DNA of 64,000 bases, taken from an uncultured virus (IMG/VR IMGVR_UViG_3300010429_001259). Lineage: Duplodnaviria > Heunggongvirae > Uroviricota > Caudoviricetes. The translations under genes and the position numbers were made by a program. Numbering within the stretch: position 1 is the first letter of the stretch; every line of letters starts with the position of its first letter. The stretch lies in the IMG/VR virus record IMGVR_UViG_3300010429_001259; one strand, written 5' to 3'. The notes under the pieces were generated by a model. That model was not told the origin of the DNA. It ran no database searches and saw only the letters and a list, made by a program, of their open reading frames with translations. Positions 9,182-18,113 of this stretch are shown here, in pieces.

Positions 9182-9661
9182 CTAAGCGATACCGAGTTCT
9201 TTGCGGAGCTCGTTCGCTGCCTGTTTCCTGAGCTCGCGCGCAATTTCACCGGCTATGTCGTAAACCTCGCCGGAGTAACCCATCTGCTCCTTGACTTGGC
9301 GAATGATTGCTTTTTTGGCAGCTGTGCGCGCCGCAGCGAAGGCAGGAGAGTTTCTGAACTCGTCGAAAGATGCACGAACCCATTCGAGCAGAACAGGCCG
9401 GGCAATATCAGTGAGCATCTGGTCGATTGCTCCTTGTCGACCGTTGTAACGGTCGAATTCCATTTGCCCGTTGTATCTCTGCTCGATACCGAGCAGGGCT
9501 TTCAATGCCGATGCTTTGGCTTTGTTCAGATCGCCGATGATTTCTTTCGTCAGAAGTTTGGCTTGTTCTTCATCGAATACCTTATCCGCCTTCTTGATGA
9601 ATTCAGCCTTCACCCTCGCAGCAAATTGTGCGAGGCTGGGTTCAAGTTCGGCGCTCATCAC
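9182..9661 (-). CDS. hypothetical protein
   Basis: 159-aa helical ORF in the operon. Confidence 0.7.
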   Translation of the reverse strand: MMSAELEPSLAQFAARVKAEFIKKADKVFDEEQAKLLTKEIIGDLNKAKASALKALLGIEQRYNGQMEFDRYNGRQGAIDQMLTDIARPVLLEWVRASFDEFRNSPAFAAARTAAKKAIIRQVKEQMGYSGEVYDIAGEIARELRKQAANELRKELGIA

Positions 9662-9828
9662 CGCACCTTGTAGCGGCGGTGATCAGGACCGGGCGTGACG
9701 ACGTATTTGTCGACGCCCTGGGCATTGAGTTCATCCCGTGCCTTCTTGGCAGCGGGTTTGTCGGGGTAGTAGCCGTCAATCAGACGGCCGGTGGAAGTGT
9801 TGCGCAGGGCAAAGAGACGAAGTTTCAT
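9658..9828 (-). CDS. small hypothetical protein
   Basis: MKLRLFALRN...PGPDHRRYKVR; overlaps the next start. Confidence 0.6.
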   Translation of the reverse strand: MKLRLFALRNTSTGRLIDGYYPDKPAAKKARDELNAQGVDKYVVTPGPDHRRYKVR

Positions 9829-9856
9829 GAGTCCACTCGTTGAAAGAAAAACGGTA

Positions 9857-12268
9857 TTACACCACAGCTTTTGCGCGCTTCTTCGGCGTGCCTGAAGCAG
9901 GCGCGGCTGCACTAGGCAGATATTGGTTGAGGTAGCCCGGGAACGATGCAAAGTCCTTCCAGTCGACCTTCATGCCGCGCACCGCCTTGCCATTGAGCCA
10001 CACGACCTCCAGGTGAATGCGGTGGTGCTTCAGAAGCGCGGTGAACTTGTTCGGTGAGGTCGGCATGCTGCCCACCGTGAAGTCGAACAGAACAAGAAGT
10101 TCTTCGCGGCCGATGACACAGCGTCCGTTGGGTTGGGTGCGCGCGATCAAGGTTTTGAGCAGTTGCTGGTAATCGGCAACGCGATTGATCTGAAGCGCGT
10201 TTCGAGTTGGTGTGTCAGTTGGCAGCTGCTCAATGAAGAAGTTCATGTTCCCTTCCAGGAGCGCTGAGCCGACTGTGTCGACTGACGACTCACTGATCGA
10301 GATCATCGTACTGCGGTCTGTCGTGTGCATCACGGTGCCGGCACGTTCGAGGTCGATTGGATAGTTGATCAGGTAATCGTAGAAGGGTTGAAGTTCCTTT
10401 TCGATCTGAGCGATTTCGGTATCGGTGATGACGAGTTTATTGGGTTGATATTTGCCGACGTTATGGCGACGATCCTCCTTGTCGATGATGATTGGATCTG
10501 TCTTGTTGGACATGAAGATCCAGTTGGTGTAGTTCCGGACCTCCACCGCGTTTGCGTACATCTGGCGCAACGCGATGGTGGGCTCGGTGATGAAGTTCTT
10601 GAGCTTGGCCATGACGCCGCGTTCGTTCTGGAGTGCTTTCGTTTCGACCTCATCTACAAAGACGAGGAATGATCCCTCCATGAAGTGGTTGTACTTTTCG
10701 TTGAGCTCTTCCATCCGCCGGGTGGCTGTATGGGTACCGAACAAAGGCTTAAGGATGTTGTTGGTCAGGATGCCCTTACCGGTGCCCTGAGTCCCATGGA
10801 GTACCCAGGCGGTACGGGTGCGGTCGCGTGTCTGGACGATCGTGGCCAGCCAGTTGATGAAATGCTCGACGATTTCCGGATCGTCACCCAGGGCGTTGTT
10901 CATGACCTTGGAGATCACCTTGGGCACAGCCTTGGGCGGTTTGGTGCCAGTGTTGAGCATGTAGGGCGTCGGCTGGAATTTGTTCACGCGACGGTTCTGG
11001 ACATCGACACGTACGAGATCGTGTGGATCGAAGACCAGATCCCATTCAGGGATGAAGTCGCCGAGCGGCACACCATATTGTTTGGCAAAGTGGCGCAGCT
11101 GGGTCTCGTTGCGTGCAGGCGTGATATCCAGGAGGTCGGACGCAGCCTCGTAGGTGCCACGCCAGTACACGCCAGTCTGACGATCCAGGAAGGCCAGGTA
11201 TGTCAGGCCGGATGATGAGGTTCGAGTGGCAGAGCCGGTGCCGGTGAGTTGCTGCCAATATTCAGGCAGGAGTTCCTTGGTGAGATAGCTTGGCTCACCC
11301 TTGAAGTTGTGGATGTAGTCGGGATTGTCTTCAGGGTGATAGTAAGCCCATGAATCCCCGCCATTGAGATTGAAGTACACGAAACCGCGTTCAACTTTGG
11401 TCTCGGTGATCACAGCCTCGTCGGGTTTGAGCATGACCTCCGTCGTGCCATGCATCTTGTAGGTGATCTTGCGTTCGGGGAGGCCTGCTTCTTCGCGCAA
11501 TTCCTTGATGCGCTTGTGTGTGAGCTCGCGATTCTTGGTGGATGAGTTGATTGTGGTGGTGAGGGCGAGCTTTTCGTGCTTGCGACGCACCAGCTGGATG
11601 CGAGGTGTCTTGGCCATCGGGTCCTTGATGCCCTTGAGGGCGGGAGGAGCGATGTAAATCAGCTTGTCGTTCTGGCATGCACTGACATCAAGAGGCCAGG
11701 AGATGGAGTTGCCTGTCTTGGTCAGAGACATGGCACGACTGAGCAAGGGAACTTCATGATTCTTCTGAATGAGCCATTGTTTGAGCAATGGGGCTGCGTA
11801 GAGCTTGTTCAGAAGGATGAAGACATGCGCGCGCAGACGCCAGTTCTCAATCCCGTAGGACGCTGACCATTGAACGATGTAGGAAATGTCCTCCAGGCCA
11901 AGTTCCTTCAGGAACAGGTCGATGGTCAGTGGAGCGGAAGTGGTATGGCCGGAAGGTGTGGTGAAGTCGATCGTTTCGGGAAGTCCGTCGAGATCGAGCA
12001 CGAGCCATTCGGTACTTGCGTTGGTGTCGGTGCTGCCGGCGCGTGATTCACGGACGAGGTCACGACCGATGGTGCCTTTGAGTAGGCAGTGACCCTGTGC
12101 TGCATGCTGAGTGAGAAGACGTTCGAATTGAACGAGGGAAGTGCAAGACTCTTCGATTGAAGTGAACTCCCACACGAACGGGTAGGGCGTCTTGACGAGC
12201 TGACCGGTGGATGATTTGCCGTATGACTTGGTCAGGGGAACTGTTGCTTCGAGGAAGTAAAGGTTCAT
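9857..12268 (-). CDS. primase/helicase (N-terminal prim-pol-like domain, C-terminal SF3/DUF5906-type helicase)
   Basis: LVLDLDG and RAHVF primase-like motifs; Walker A GTQGTGKG, Walker B VFVDE, FMSN motif C, DRR finger. Confidence 0.85.
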   Translation of the reverse strand: MNLYFLEATVPLTKSYGKSSTGQLVKTPYPFVWEFTSIEESCTSLVQFERLLTQHAAQGHCLLKGTIGRDLVRESRAGSTDTNASTEWLVLDLDGLPETIDFTTPSGHTTSAPLTIDLFLKELGLEDISYIVQWSASYGIENWRLRAHVFILLNKLYAAPLLKQWLIQKNHEVPLLSRAMSLTKTGNSISWPLDVSACQNDKLIYIAPPALKGIKDPMAKTPRIQLVRRKHEKLALTTTINSSTKNRELTHKRIKELREEAGLPERKITYKMHGTTEVMLKPDEAVITETKVERGFVYFNLNGGDSWAYYHPEDNPDYIHNFKGEPSYLTKELLPEYWQQLTGTGSATRTSSSGLTYLAFLDRQTGVYWRGTYEAASDLLDITPARNETQLRHFAKQYGVPLGDFIPEWDLVFDPHDLVRVDVQNRRVNKFQPTPYMLNTGTKPPKAVPKVISKVMNNALGDDPEIVEHFINWLATIVQTRDRTRTAWVLHGTQGTGKGILTNNILKPLFGTHTATRRMEELNEKYNHFMEGSFLVFVDEVETKALQNERGVMAKLKNFITEPTIALRQMYANAVEVRNYTNWIFMSNKTDPIIIDKEDRRHNVGKYQPNKLVITDTEIAQIEKELQPFYDYLINYPIDLERAGTVMHTTDRSTMISISESSVDTVGSALLEGNMNFFIEQLPTDTPTRNALQINRVADYQQLLKTLIARTQPNGRCVIGREELLVLFDFTVGSMPTSPNKFTALLKHHRIHLEVVWLNGKAVRGMKVDWKDFASFPGYLNQYLPSAAAPASGTPKKRAKAVV

Positions 12269-12329
12269 GTTGCACTCGTTCAAAGATGATGGATCTGTCC
12301 GGGCAGAACAGTCGGTGGAGGCCTAAATT

Positions 12330-12475
12330 CTATCTACTTCTCTACCTTTATATACCTTACATTCTTACATTCTTACACTACTAAACTTTAGTTTAGAAAA
12401 AAAGTATAAAGAGTAGTATTAAGTATATATAGCCAAATAGAGTTTAGTAGTTGGCGCGCGAGTGTAAGTGTCATG
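12330..12475 (+). repeat. AT-rich element with three CTTACA(T/C)T iterons and a CTAAAC-TTTA-GTTTAG palindrome; inverted copy at 52605-52735
   Basis: 31-nt core CTTACATTCTTACACTACTAAACTTTAGTTT (12364-12394) is identical to the reverse complement of 52685-52715; similarity continues for about 110 nt. Confidence 0.9.
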
Positions 12476-12538
12476 CCCGTAAGACCTGGCGCTGGACGAG
12501 AGCCCGGCACCCTCTGCAGGGTGCCGTTCTCTGTCAGT

Positions 12539-13399
12539 TTAATCGCCGGTTTGTTCAGCCGTGCCGCGGACGAACTTGGTGCTCTTCAGTACGCGCTGGA
12601 GCTCGCCGACCGTTGCGCGGACGCAAGCGTCGAGTGCGACGAACTCAATCATCTCCATGTTGTCGTTGGAGAGTGCGAACTCACGTGCGCGTTGTGCCGA
12701 CGTGATGGCGTGGGTGATGAGCGCACGCTGGATGTTGAGATCGAGCATGTCGAAGCGGACGTCTTCCATGCGTACGGCTTTCTGCTGGATGAGTCGGAAG
12801 ATCTCGAGCATCACTGGGCCTTGTTCGGTGAGCGCCTGCGATTTGTCAGCAAGTTTGGCACGCTCGCGATCGACCACGGTTTTGACCATGGCCTGTTTGG
12901 CGTCGTCGTCCAAGCTGTAGGCCTTGGCGTCGAGATCGACGACCATCTTGATCTTGGCTTGCGTCGAAGCCTTCATCTTGAGGTTGACCGGTGCGAGGAA
13001 CAGGTCGTCGATGTCCGGCATTTCGTAGTGGCGCGGACGACCAGTCCAGTCGACTGTAAGCGCGGTCAATTGAGCAGCCGTGGAATGCGCCTTCTCGCGG
13101 AAGGACAACAGTTCACGCAACTGCGTGAATGCGCCGTCATTCTGAGCGCCGCTGGCGTCGAACCAGCGTGATGCAGCCTGAGCTTCGCACAACGCAGTGT
13201 TGATCTCCGCAGCCGTGTCGAGGCCGTTGCCAGCTTCGATGATGGTTTCGCGCACGAGTTTGTAGATCTGGCGTGTGGCGCCGACGATCATCGTGTCGAT
13301 CTTCCATGCGACGCCTTGCGCAGCTTGCGCAGCAACGTCGACGTTGGGGATGTTCTCGATTGCATCGAACAGATCGAAATACAAGTGGTTGGTAGTCAT
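12539..13399 (-). CDS. hypothetical early protein
   Basis: 286-aa ORF, AAGGA RBS, phage-like codon usage. Confidence 0.8.
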   Translation of the reverse strand: MTTNHLYFDLFDAIENIPNVDVAAQAAQGVAWKIDTMIVGATRQIYKLVRETIIEAGNGLDTAAEINTALCEAQAASRWFDASGAQNDGAFTQLRELLSFREKAHSTAAQLTALTVDWTGRPRHYEMPDIDDLFLAPVNLKMKASTQAKIKMVVDLDAKAYSLDDDAKQAMVKTVVDRERAKLADKSQALTEQGPVMLEIFRLIQQKAVRMEDVRFDMLDLNIQRALITHAITSAQRAREFALSNDNMEMIEFVALDACVRATVGELQRVLKSTKFVRGTAEQTGD

Positions 13400-13472
13400 G
13401 GTGAATTTCCTTTGAAAAGTTAAATGAAGTCGGATGACTTCACACTGGGCACTGTCACTACCCAGTAGGCTG

Positions 13473-13658
13473 TCATCCGTTACCGAGAATCAGGTGTTCA
13501 GCCTGTTCTTCGGTGACGCCGAGTGCTTCAGCCAGAGCCTCGACGCGCGCGATGAGGTCATCGCACACATCGGGTGCTGTGCCGATGTCCTCATCACGGA
13601 CATCGCCGAGACTGATTTCGACGATCGTGGTGGTGCGAGAAATCTTAATCTTCGTCAT
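13473..13658 (-). CDS. small hypothetical protein
   Basis: 61-aa ORF with AGGAG RBS. Confidence 0.6.
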   Translation of the reverse strand: MTKIKISRTTTIVEISLGDVRDEDIGTAPDVCDDLIARVEALAEALGVTEEQAEHLILGNG

Positions 13659-13836
13659 TTGCTTTCTCCTGATTGGTAAACATGACTTTCAAACCGTGGA
13701 CGGTGATCTTCACCTCGTTGTGATCGATGATCAGTTCATTGAGTTCGAATGAATAGGTGTCGAGGTTTTTCTGGGCTTCGACACAAGATTCGAGGCAGGA
13801 TTTGAGCAGTTCGAGTTCAGACATGATGTTCTCCAT
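13645..13836 (-). CDS. small hypothetical protein
   Basis: 63-aa acidic ORF; GGAG precedes the internal Met. Confidence 0.6.
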   Translation of the reverse strand: MENIMSELELLKSCLESCVEAQKNLDTYSFELNELIIDHNEVKITVHGLKVMFTNQEKANDED

Positions 13837-14056
13837 GGGTTAAAACCAGCGCCAAATGTGGCGCAACAATCGAACGAAGATGTTCGAGCTGGGTGCAGGA
13901 TAAATCTTGTAGGGGTAGGACCGAGTGCGTGGAGTCATCGCCAGCTCCAGTACACGCGGACGTAGTCATGCATGTTCTGTCCGACACGCGCGTTTTCTGC
14001 GCGCGCGAAGGGCAGTCTGAGGAGTAGCTGAGTGAACCAGCTATTGATACGTAGGA

Positions 14057-14365
14057 TCATGTCAACTCCTTCACGCTGTACTTGATCCAGCCGACCGTGT
14101 AATAGCGCCCGGACTCGATGAACCCGAACGCTTTGCGCGCGATATTGACAGTCAAGATCGACGCACAGAAGGCGACGATTGAGGACATCGTCCCAATGAC
14201 CGTACCCCAGTGAACGATAAGGTTTGCCAATAGCATCGCGACGTGCAATAGGCTGCGACTATTGCTCCCCAAAAGCCGCAGACGCGGCTTCACGGGCACC
14301 ATGCTGATCAACACCAATTCGAAGACGATGTTGACGAGTCCGAAGACGAAAACGGTCTCGATCAT
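14057..14365 (-). CDS. small membrane protein
   Basis: 102 aa with two to three hydrophobic segments; AGGAG RBS. Confidence 0.7.
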   Translation of the reverse strand: MIETVFVFGLVNIVFELVLISMVPVKPRLRLLGSNSRSLLHVAMLLANLIVHWGTVIGTMSSIVAFCASILTVNIARKAFGFIESGRYYTVGWIKYSVKELT

Positions 14366-14377
14366 GACCCATGCTCC

Positions 14378-14548
14378 TTATTTGATAGCGTCGATGTGGA
14401 CGAGCCAGTCGAATATGTCAGTAGGCAAGTCGTCAATCTTGACGACTCGCCCATCGTCGAACTGCACCATGTCCCCGTACACCCACGCCCGTTGTCCATC
14501 CGGCAATGGAACGCGCAGCCGGATGTAACCTGACTGCACGTCGTCCAT
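14378..14548 (-). CDS. small hypothetical protein (56 aa, MDDVQSGYIRL...)
   Basis: Read by hand; start overlaps the upstream stop; GGAGG RBS. Confidence 0.55.
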   Translation of the reverse strand: MDDVQSGYIRLRVPLPDGQRAWVYGDMVQFDDGRVVKIDDLPTDIFDWLVHIDAIK

Positions 14549-14814
14549 CACACCACCTCCTCGGTGGCGGCAGGGCGGATGACCGCGCGACCGGGCGCGA
14601 CCACTTCCTTCACCCAGCGCGAACCATCGCGCTTCGTGAATTCGGTGACGCGGTGCTCAAACGCGCACGCGGGCTTCACACCGCGCGTGTTGAGCGCAGC
14701 TTCCAGTTCACCGATGCGCCCGCGCTGGTCGCAATACACGCGGCGGGCGATTTCCAGACGCGCCTCGAGCGCGGCGATGCGCTCCTCGAGCGCCTTAACA
14801 GTCGTACGTGCCAT
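14548..14814 (-). CDS. hypothetical early protein
   Basis: MARTTVKALEER..., GGAGG RBS, short coiled coil. Confidence 0.7.
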   Translation of the reverse strand: MARTTVKALEERIAALEARLEIARRVYCDQRGRIGELEAALNTRGVKPACAFEHRVTEFTKRDGSRWVKEVVAPGRAVIRPAATEEVV

Positions 14815-14958
14815 GACGGCCTCCAAACAATGAACAGGGCAAACAGCGCCCTCAACTAACGCGTTCATCCGGGCAGCTTGCTGCCCGGAACAGAACCACT
14901 TGGCCCATACGTCCTGGGCCCCGACGCATCCGGCCCCCGGTTTCCCGGGGGCGCTGGA

Positions 14959-15228
14959 TCAGGCGCTGACCGCGACGGCCTTGCCGCGCTTGACGGCGAC
15001 CGGAACAGCCTGTGCCTGTGCACGGTGTGCTGCGATTGCAGCCTCACGGCGTGCTTTCAACTCGGCGGCCTTGGCCGTGTACGCGGCGCTGCTGCCAGCG
15101 ACGACGTCGGCGCCGAAGCGACCGGTGGCCTGTGCAGAGAGCGCAACGCCGTGGACGGCGTACGCCGCGCCCTTGCCGATGGCAGAGCCGATGGTGGTAC
15201 CGAAGGTGGTGGAAGAAGAAGCAGACAT
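14959..15228 (-). CDS. Ala-rich hypothetical early protein
   Basis: MSASSSTTFG..., AGGAG RBS; first gene of the leftward unit. Confidence 0.65.
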   Translation of the reverse strand: MSASSSTTFGTTIGSAIGKGAAYAVHGVALSAQATGRFGADVVAGSSAAYTAKAAELKARREAAIAAHRAQAQAVPVAVKRGKAVAVSA

Positions 15229-15454
15229 CACAAACTCCTGTTGATCAACGAGCAAGATCGCTCACACAACGCCTTCATCGCGGCAACTCGTTGCCGCGTA
15301 TCGTAGTGAAGAGACTCCTTATCCCCCCGGGCGCAGCGAATCCGAACCGGGGTACGGGGCGCTGCGACGGGGGAGGGAGTGTCTACGCACCGACGTCCCA
15401 AAAAATTTTGCAAAAATTCCCACGTCCGAAATCGTTCATCTACAATCGACGACC

Positions 15455-16033
15455 ATGCCAGGCCCAGTGAAACCACGCCCCACAGCCTCCAGGGGATCGA
15501 CAAGGCAAGGTGCCAAAGCTCGTTCGGCCCCCGAGACCTGCACCATGGACGCAGCCCGAGCCGTCAGCCCCGACAAGCCGCTGACCGCGCGCCAGAAAGA
15601 CTTCGCCATCGAGATTGCAAAAGGCAATTCCGTGCCCGTCGCACTCGCGCGCGCAGGTTTTTCTGACAAGGACAACTCGCTCGGCTACCGAATGGTCAAG
15701 ATGCCGAACATCTGCAGGGTGATTGACGCAGAGCGGGCGAAATTCGAGGCAGACAACCAGATGTCGCGCCGCAAGGTGATGGACATGCTGCTGGAGAGCT
15801 ACGACATGGCCAAGCTGGCAGCGGAACCGGCCACGATGGTCTCGGCGGCTCGGGAGATCGGGAAAATGTGCGGCTACTACGAGCCCCGGAAGATCCAGGT
15901 CGACATCGGGGTGAGTGGCCAGACGTTCATGGGCCGGATGAATGCCCTGTCTGACGCTGAACTGATGCGCCTGATCGAAGGGGGGCAGGCGCAGGGGCTG
16001 CTGGAGGAGCCACAGGATGATCAGGGGCTCTGA
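15455..16033 (+). CDS. terS: terminase small subunit
   Basis: LTARQKDF..IAKG..A..RAGFS HTH pattern, AREIGKMCGYY; directly upstream of TerL. Confidence 0.8.
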   Translation: MPGPVKPRPTASRGSTRQGAKARSAPETCTMDAARAVSPDKPLTARQKDFAIEIAKGNSVPVALARAGFSDKDNSLGYRMVKMPNICRVIDAERAKFEADNQMSRRKVMDMLLESYDMAKLAAEPATMVSAAREIGKMCGYYEPRKIQVDIGVSGQTFMGRMNALSDAELMRLIEGGQAQGLLEEPQDDQGL

Positions 16034-17748
16034 TGGCTACGACTACGAAGACCTCGCCGCGCTCCTCCTCCGTAAAAAAGCGGACACAGCGCGGAACGAC
16101 CAAATCTCGCGCCTCCACTGGTGGTCAACCATCAACCAAGAAGCGCCCCGGACGACCGAAGAAATCGCAGCCCTTGTCGACTCCCTCTGCGTTACCGCAG
16201 GCTCAGGCCGCAGATCCCAAGGCCATAGCAGAGATGGCTCAGCGGGTGCTGGCCAAGCGCCGGCTTCTGCCGTTTGTGAAGCGCCTGAACCCGAACTACC
16301 TGGCCGGATGGGTCCATGAAGACATCTGCCGGCGCCTGGAGAGGTTCAGTGAGGACGTCGAGAAGGGCCTGTCGCCCCGCCTGATGATCCTGATGCCGCC
16401 ACGGAGCGGGAAGAGTGAGCTGGCCAGCCGGATGTTCCCGGCGTGGCACCTGGGGCGGCACCCGGACCACGAAGTGATCTCCTGCGGCTACAACGTGTCG
16501 CTGGCGATGACGTTCAGCCGGAAGGTGAAGGAAGCCCTGGAGAGTCCGGACTACCAGAGTGTCTTCGAGACCCGGCTGCACCCGGACTTTCGGTCGAATG
16601 AGGAGTGGGCTATCGCCGGGCACCGGGGCGGGTACGTTGCTGCCGGTGTGGGCGGTGGTATCACGGGCCGCGGCTGTCACATCCTGATCATCGACGACCC
16701 GATCAAGAATGCCGAGGAGGCGGACAGTGCGGAGACGCGCGAGAAGCTCTGGGATTGGTACGGCTCGACGGCGTACACCCGTCTGGCTCCCGGCGGCGGG
16801 GTGCTGGTGATCCAGACGCACTGGCATGACGACGACCTGGCCGGGCGCCTGAAGCAGGCGATGGCGGCGGACGAGGACGCGGATCAGTTCGTGGTCGTGA
16901 AGTACCCGGCCATCGCGGAGTCGGACGAGTACCTGGACGAGGACACGGACCTGATCGTCTACGACGAGGCGCCGGAGAACGGGCGGCTGCTGCGCCAGAA
17001 GGGCGAGGCGCTGCACCCGGACCGGTACGACCTGCAGAAGCTGAACCGAATCAAGAAGACCTTGCCGAACAGGTTCTGGGCGGCGCTGTACCAGCAGAAC
17101 CCGGTGCCCGATGACGGGGCGTTCTTCACGAAGGATCAGTTCCGGCGCGCGACGCCGCCGAATACGCTGCGCAGTAACGTGTTCGTGGCGTTCGACTTTG
17201 CGATCAGTGAGAAGAAGCAGAACGACTACACGGTCGGTGTGGTCGGGCTGCAGGACGAGGACGACGTGCTGCACGTCGTGGACCTCGTGCGGTTCAAGTC
17301 GGGCGACGGGCTGTATATCGTCGAATCGATCTTGAATCTTTGCAAGAAATGGTATAGTCCGAGCCTGATGCTGGGGTGTGAAGACGGTCAGATCTACCGC
17401 GCACTCGAGTCGCTTCTCAAGAAGCGCATGCGCGAGCGGCAGTTCTACCCGCCGATCACCCTGCTGAAACCCATCACCGACAAGCTGGCCCGGGCAAGAC
17501 CCTTGCAGGGGCGGATGCAGCAGGGGATGGTGAGCTTCCATGACTCCGCGGAGTGGTACGACACCGCCCGCGCCGAGATGCTCCGGTTTCCGGCCGGGGT
17601 CCACGACGATCAGGTGGACGCGCTGGCCTGGATGGCGACGATGGCGGTCGGCCGAGAGGCCCCGCGTAGGCGGCAGACGGAGGCTACAAAGTCATGGCGA
17701 GACAAGTTGAAGGGCCTGGGCGGACAAGTGAGCCACATGGCGGCATGA
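16033..17748 (+). CDS. terL: terminase large subunit
   Basis: MPPRSGKS Walker A, GITGRG, LIIDDPIK, LYQQNP, nuclease DFA...DYTV, FPAGVHDDQVDAL. Confidence 0.96.
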   Translation: MATTTKTSPRSSSVKKRTQRGTTKSRASTGGQPSTKKRPGRPKKSQPLSTPSALPQAQAADPKAIAEMAQRVLAKRRLLPFVKRLNPNYLAGWVHEDICRRLERFSEDVEKGLSPRLMILMPPRSGKSELASRMFPAWHLGRHPDHEVISCGYNVSLAMTFSRKVKEALESPDYQSVFETRLHPDFRSNEEWAIAGHRGGYVAAGVGGGITGRGCHILIIDDPIKNAEEADSAETREKLWDWYGSTAYTRLAPGGGVLVIQTHWHDDDLAGRLKQAMAADEDADQFVVVKYPAIAESDEYLDEDTDLIVYDEAPENGRLLRQKGEALHPDRYDLQKLNRIKKTLPNRFWAALYQQNPVPDDGAFFTKDQFRRATPPNTLRSNVFVAFDFAISEKKQNDYTVGVVGLQDEDDVLHVVDLVRFKSGDGLYIVESILNLCKKWYSPSLMLGCEDGQIYRALESLLKKRMRERQFYPPITLLKPITDKLARARPLQGRMQQGMVSFHDSAEWYDTARAEMLRFPAGVHDDQVDALAWMATMAVGREAPRRRQTEATKSWRDKLKGLGGQVSHMAA

Positions 17749-18107
17749 ACCCCGTCGCCGAGCTCGTCGTCCGGTCGTTTGCGGTCCGTACGTTCTCCCA
17801 CCTCGCGCATCTGCGCTCGCGGTCGTACTCGGAGCACGTAGCCCTCGGAAGTTTCTACGACGACCTGATCCCAGCCGTCGATGAGTTTGTCGAGATTCAC
17901 CAGGCCCAGGGCCTGATCGAAGACTACCCACCCGCGCAGGCCACTGATCTCACAACCCCGCCGGCCGATGCGCTGGCTGAATACCACGACTGGCTCAAGG
18001 ACAACTATGCCGCGTGCTGCGGAGGCGATCCGGCCCTGGAGAACATCATGGACGGGCTGATCGGCCTCACCGCGCGAACGATCTACAAGCTGAAGTTCCT
18101 GAAATGA
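17745..18107 (+). CDS. ferritin/Dps-like four-helix protein (DUF5856-like)
   Basis: HLAH..SYSEHVALGSFYD..DEFVE..LENIMD..YKLKFL; ATGA-coupled to TerL. Confidence 0.75.
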   Translation: MNPVAELVVRSFAVRTFSHLAHLRSRSYSEHVALGSFYDDLIPAVDEFVEIHQAQGLIEDYPPAQATDLTTPPADALAEYHDWLKDNYAACCGGDPALENIMDGLIGLTARTIYKLKFLK

Positions 18108-18113
18108 GTCACT

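Noticed and set aside
12473..13171. 232-aa plus-strand ORF starting at the end of the AT-rich element
   Set aside because: Almost wholly antisense to the 286-aa gene and has no RBS; only its ATG position is notable
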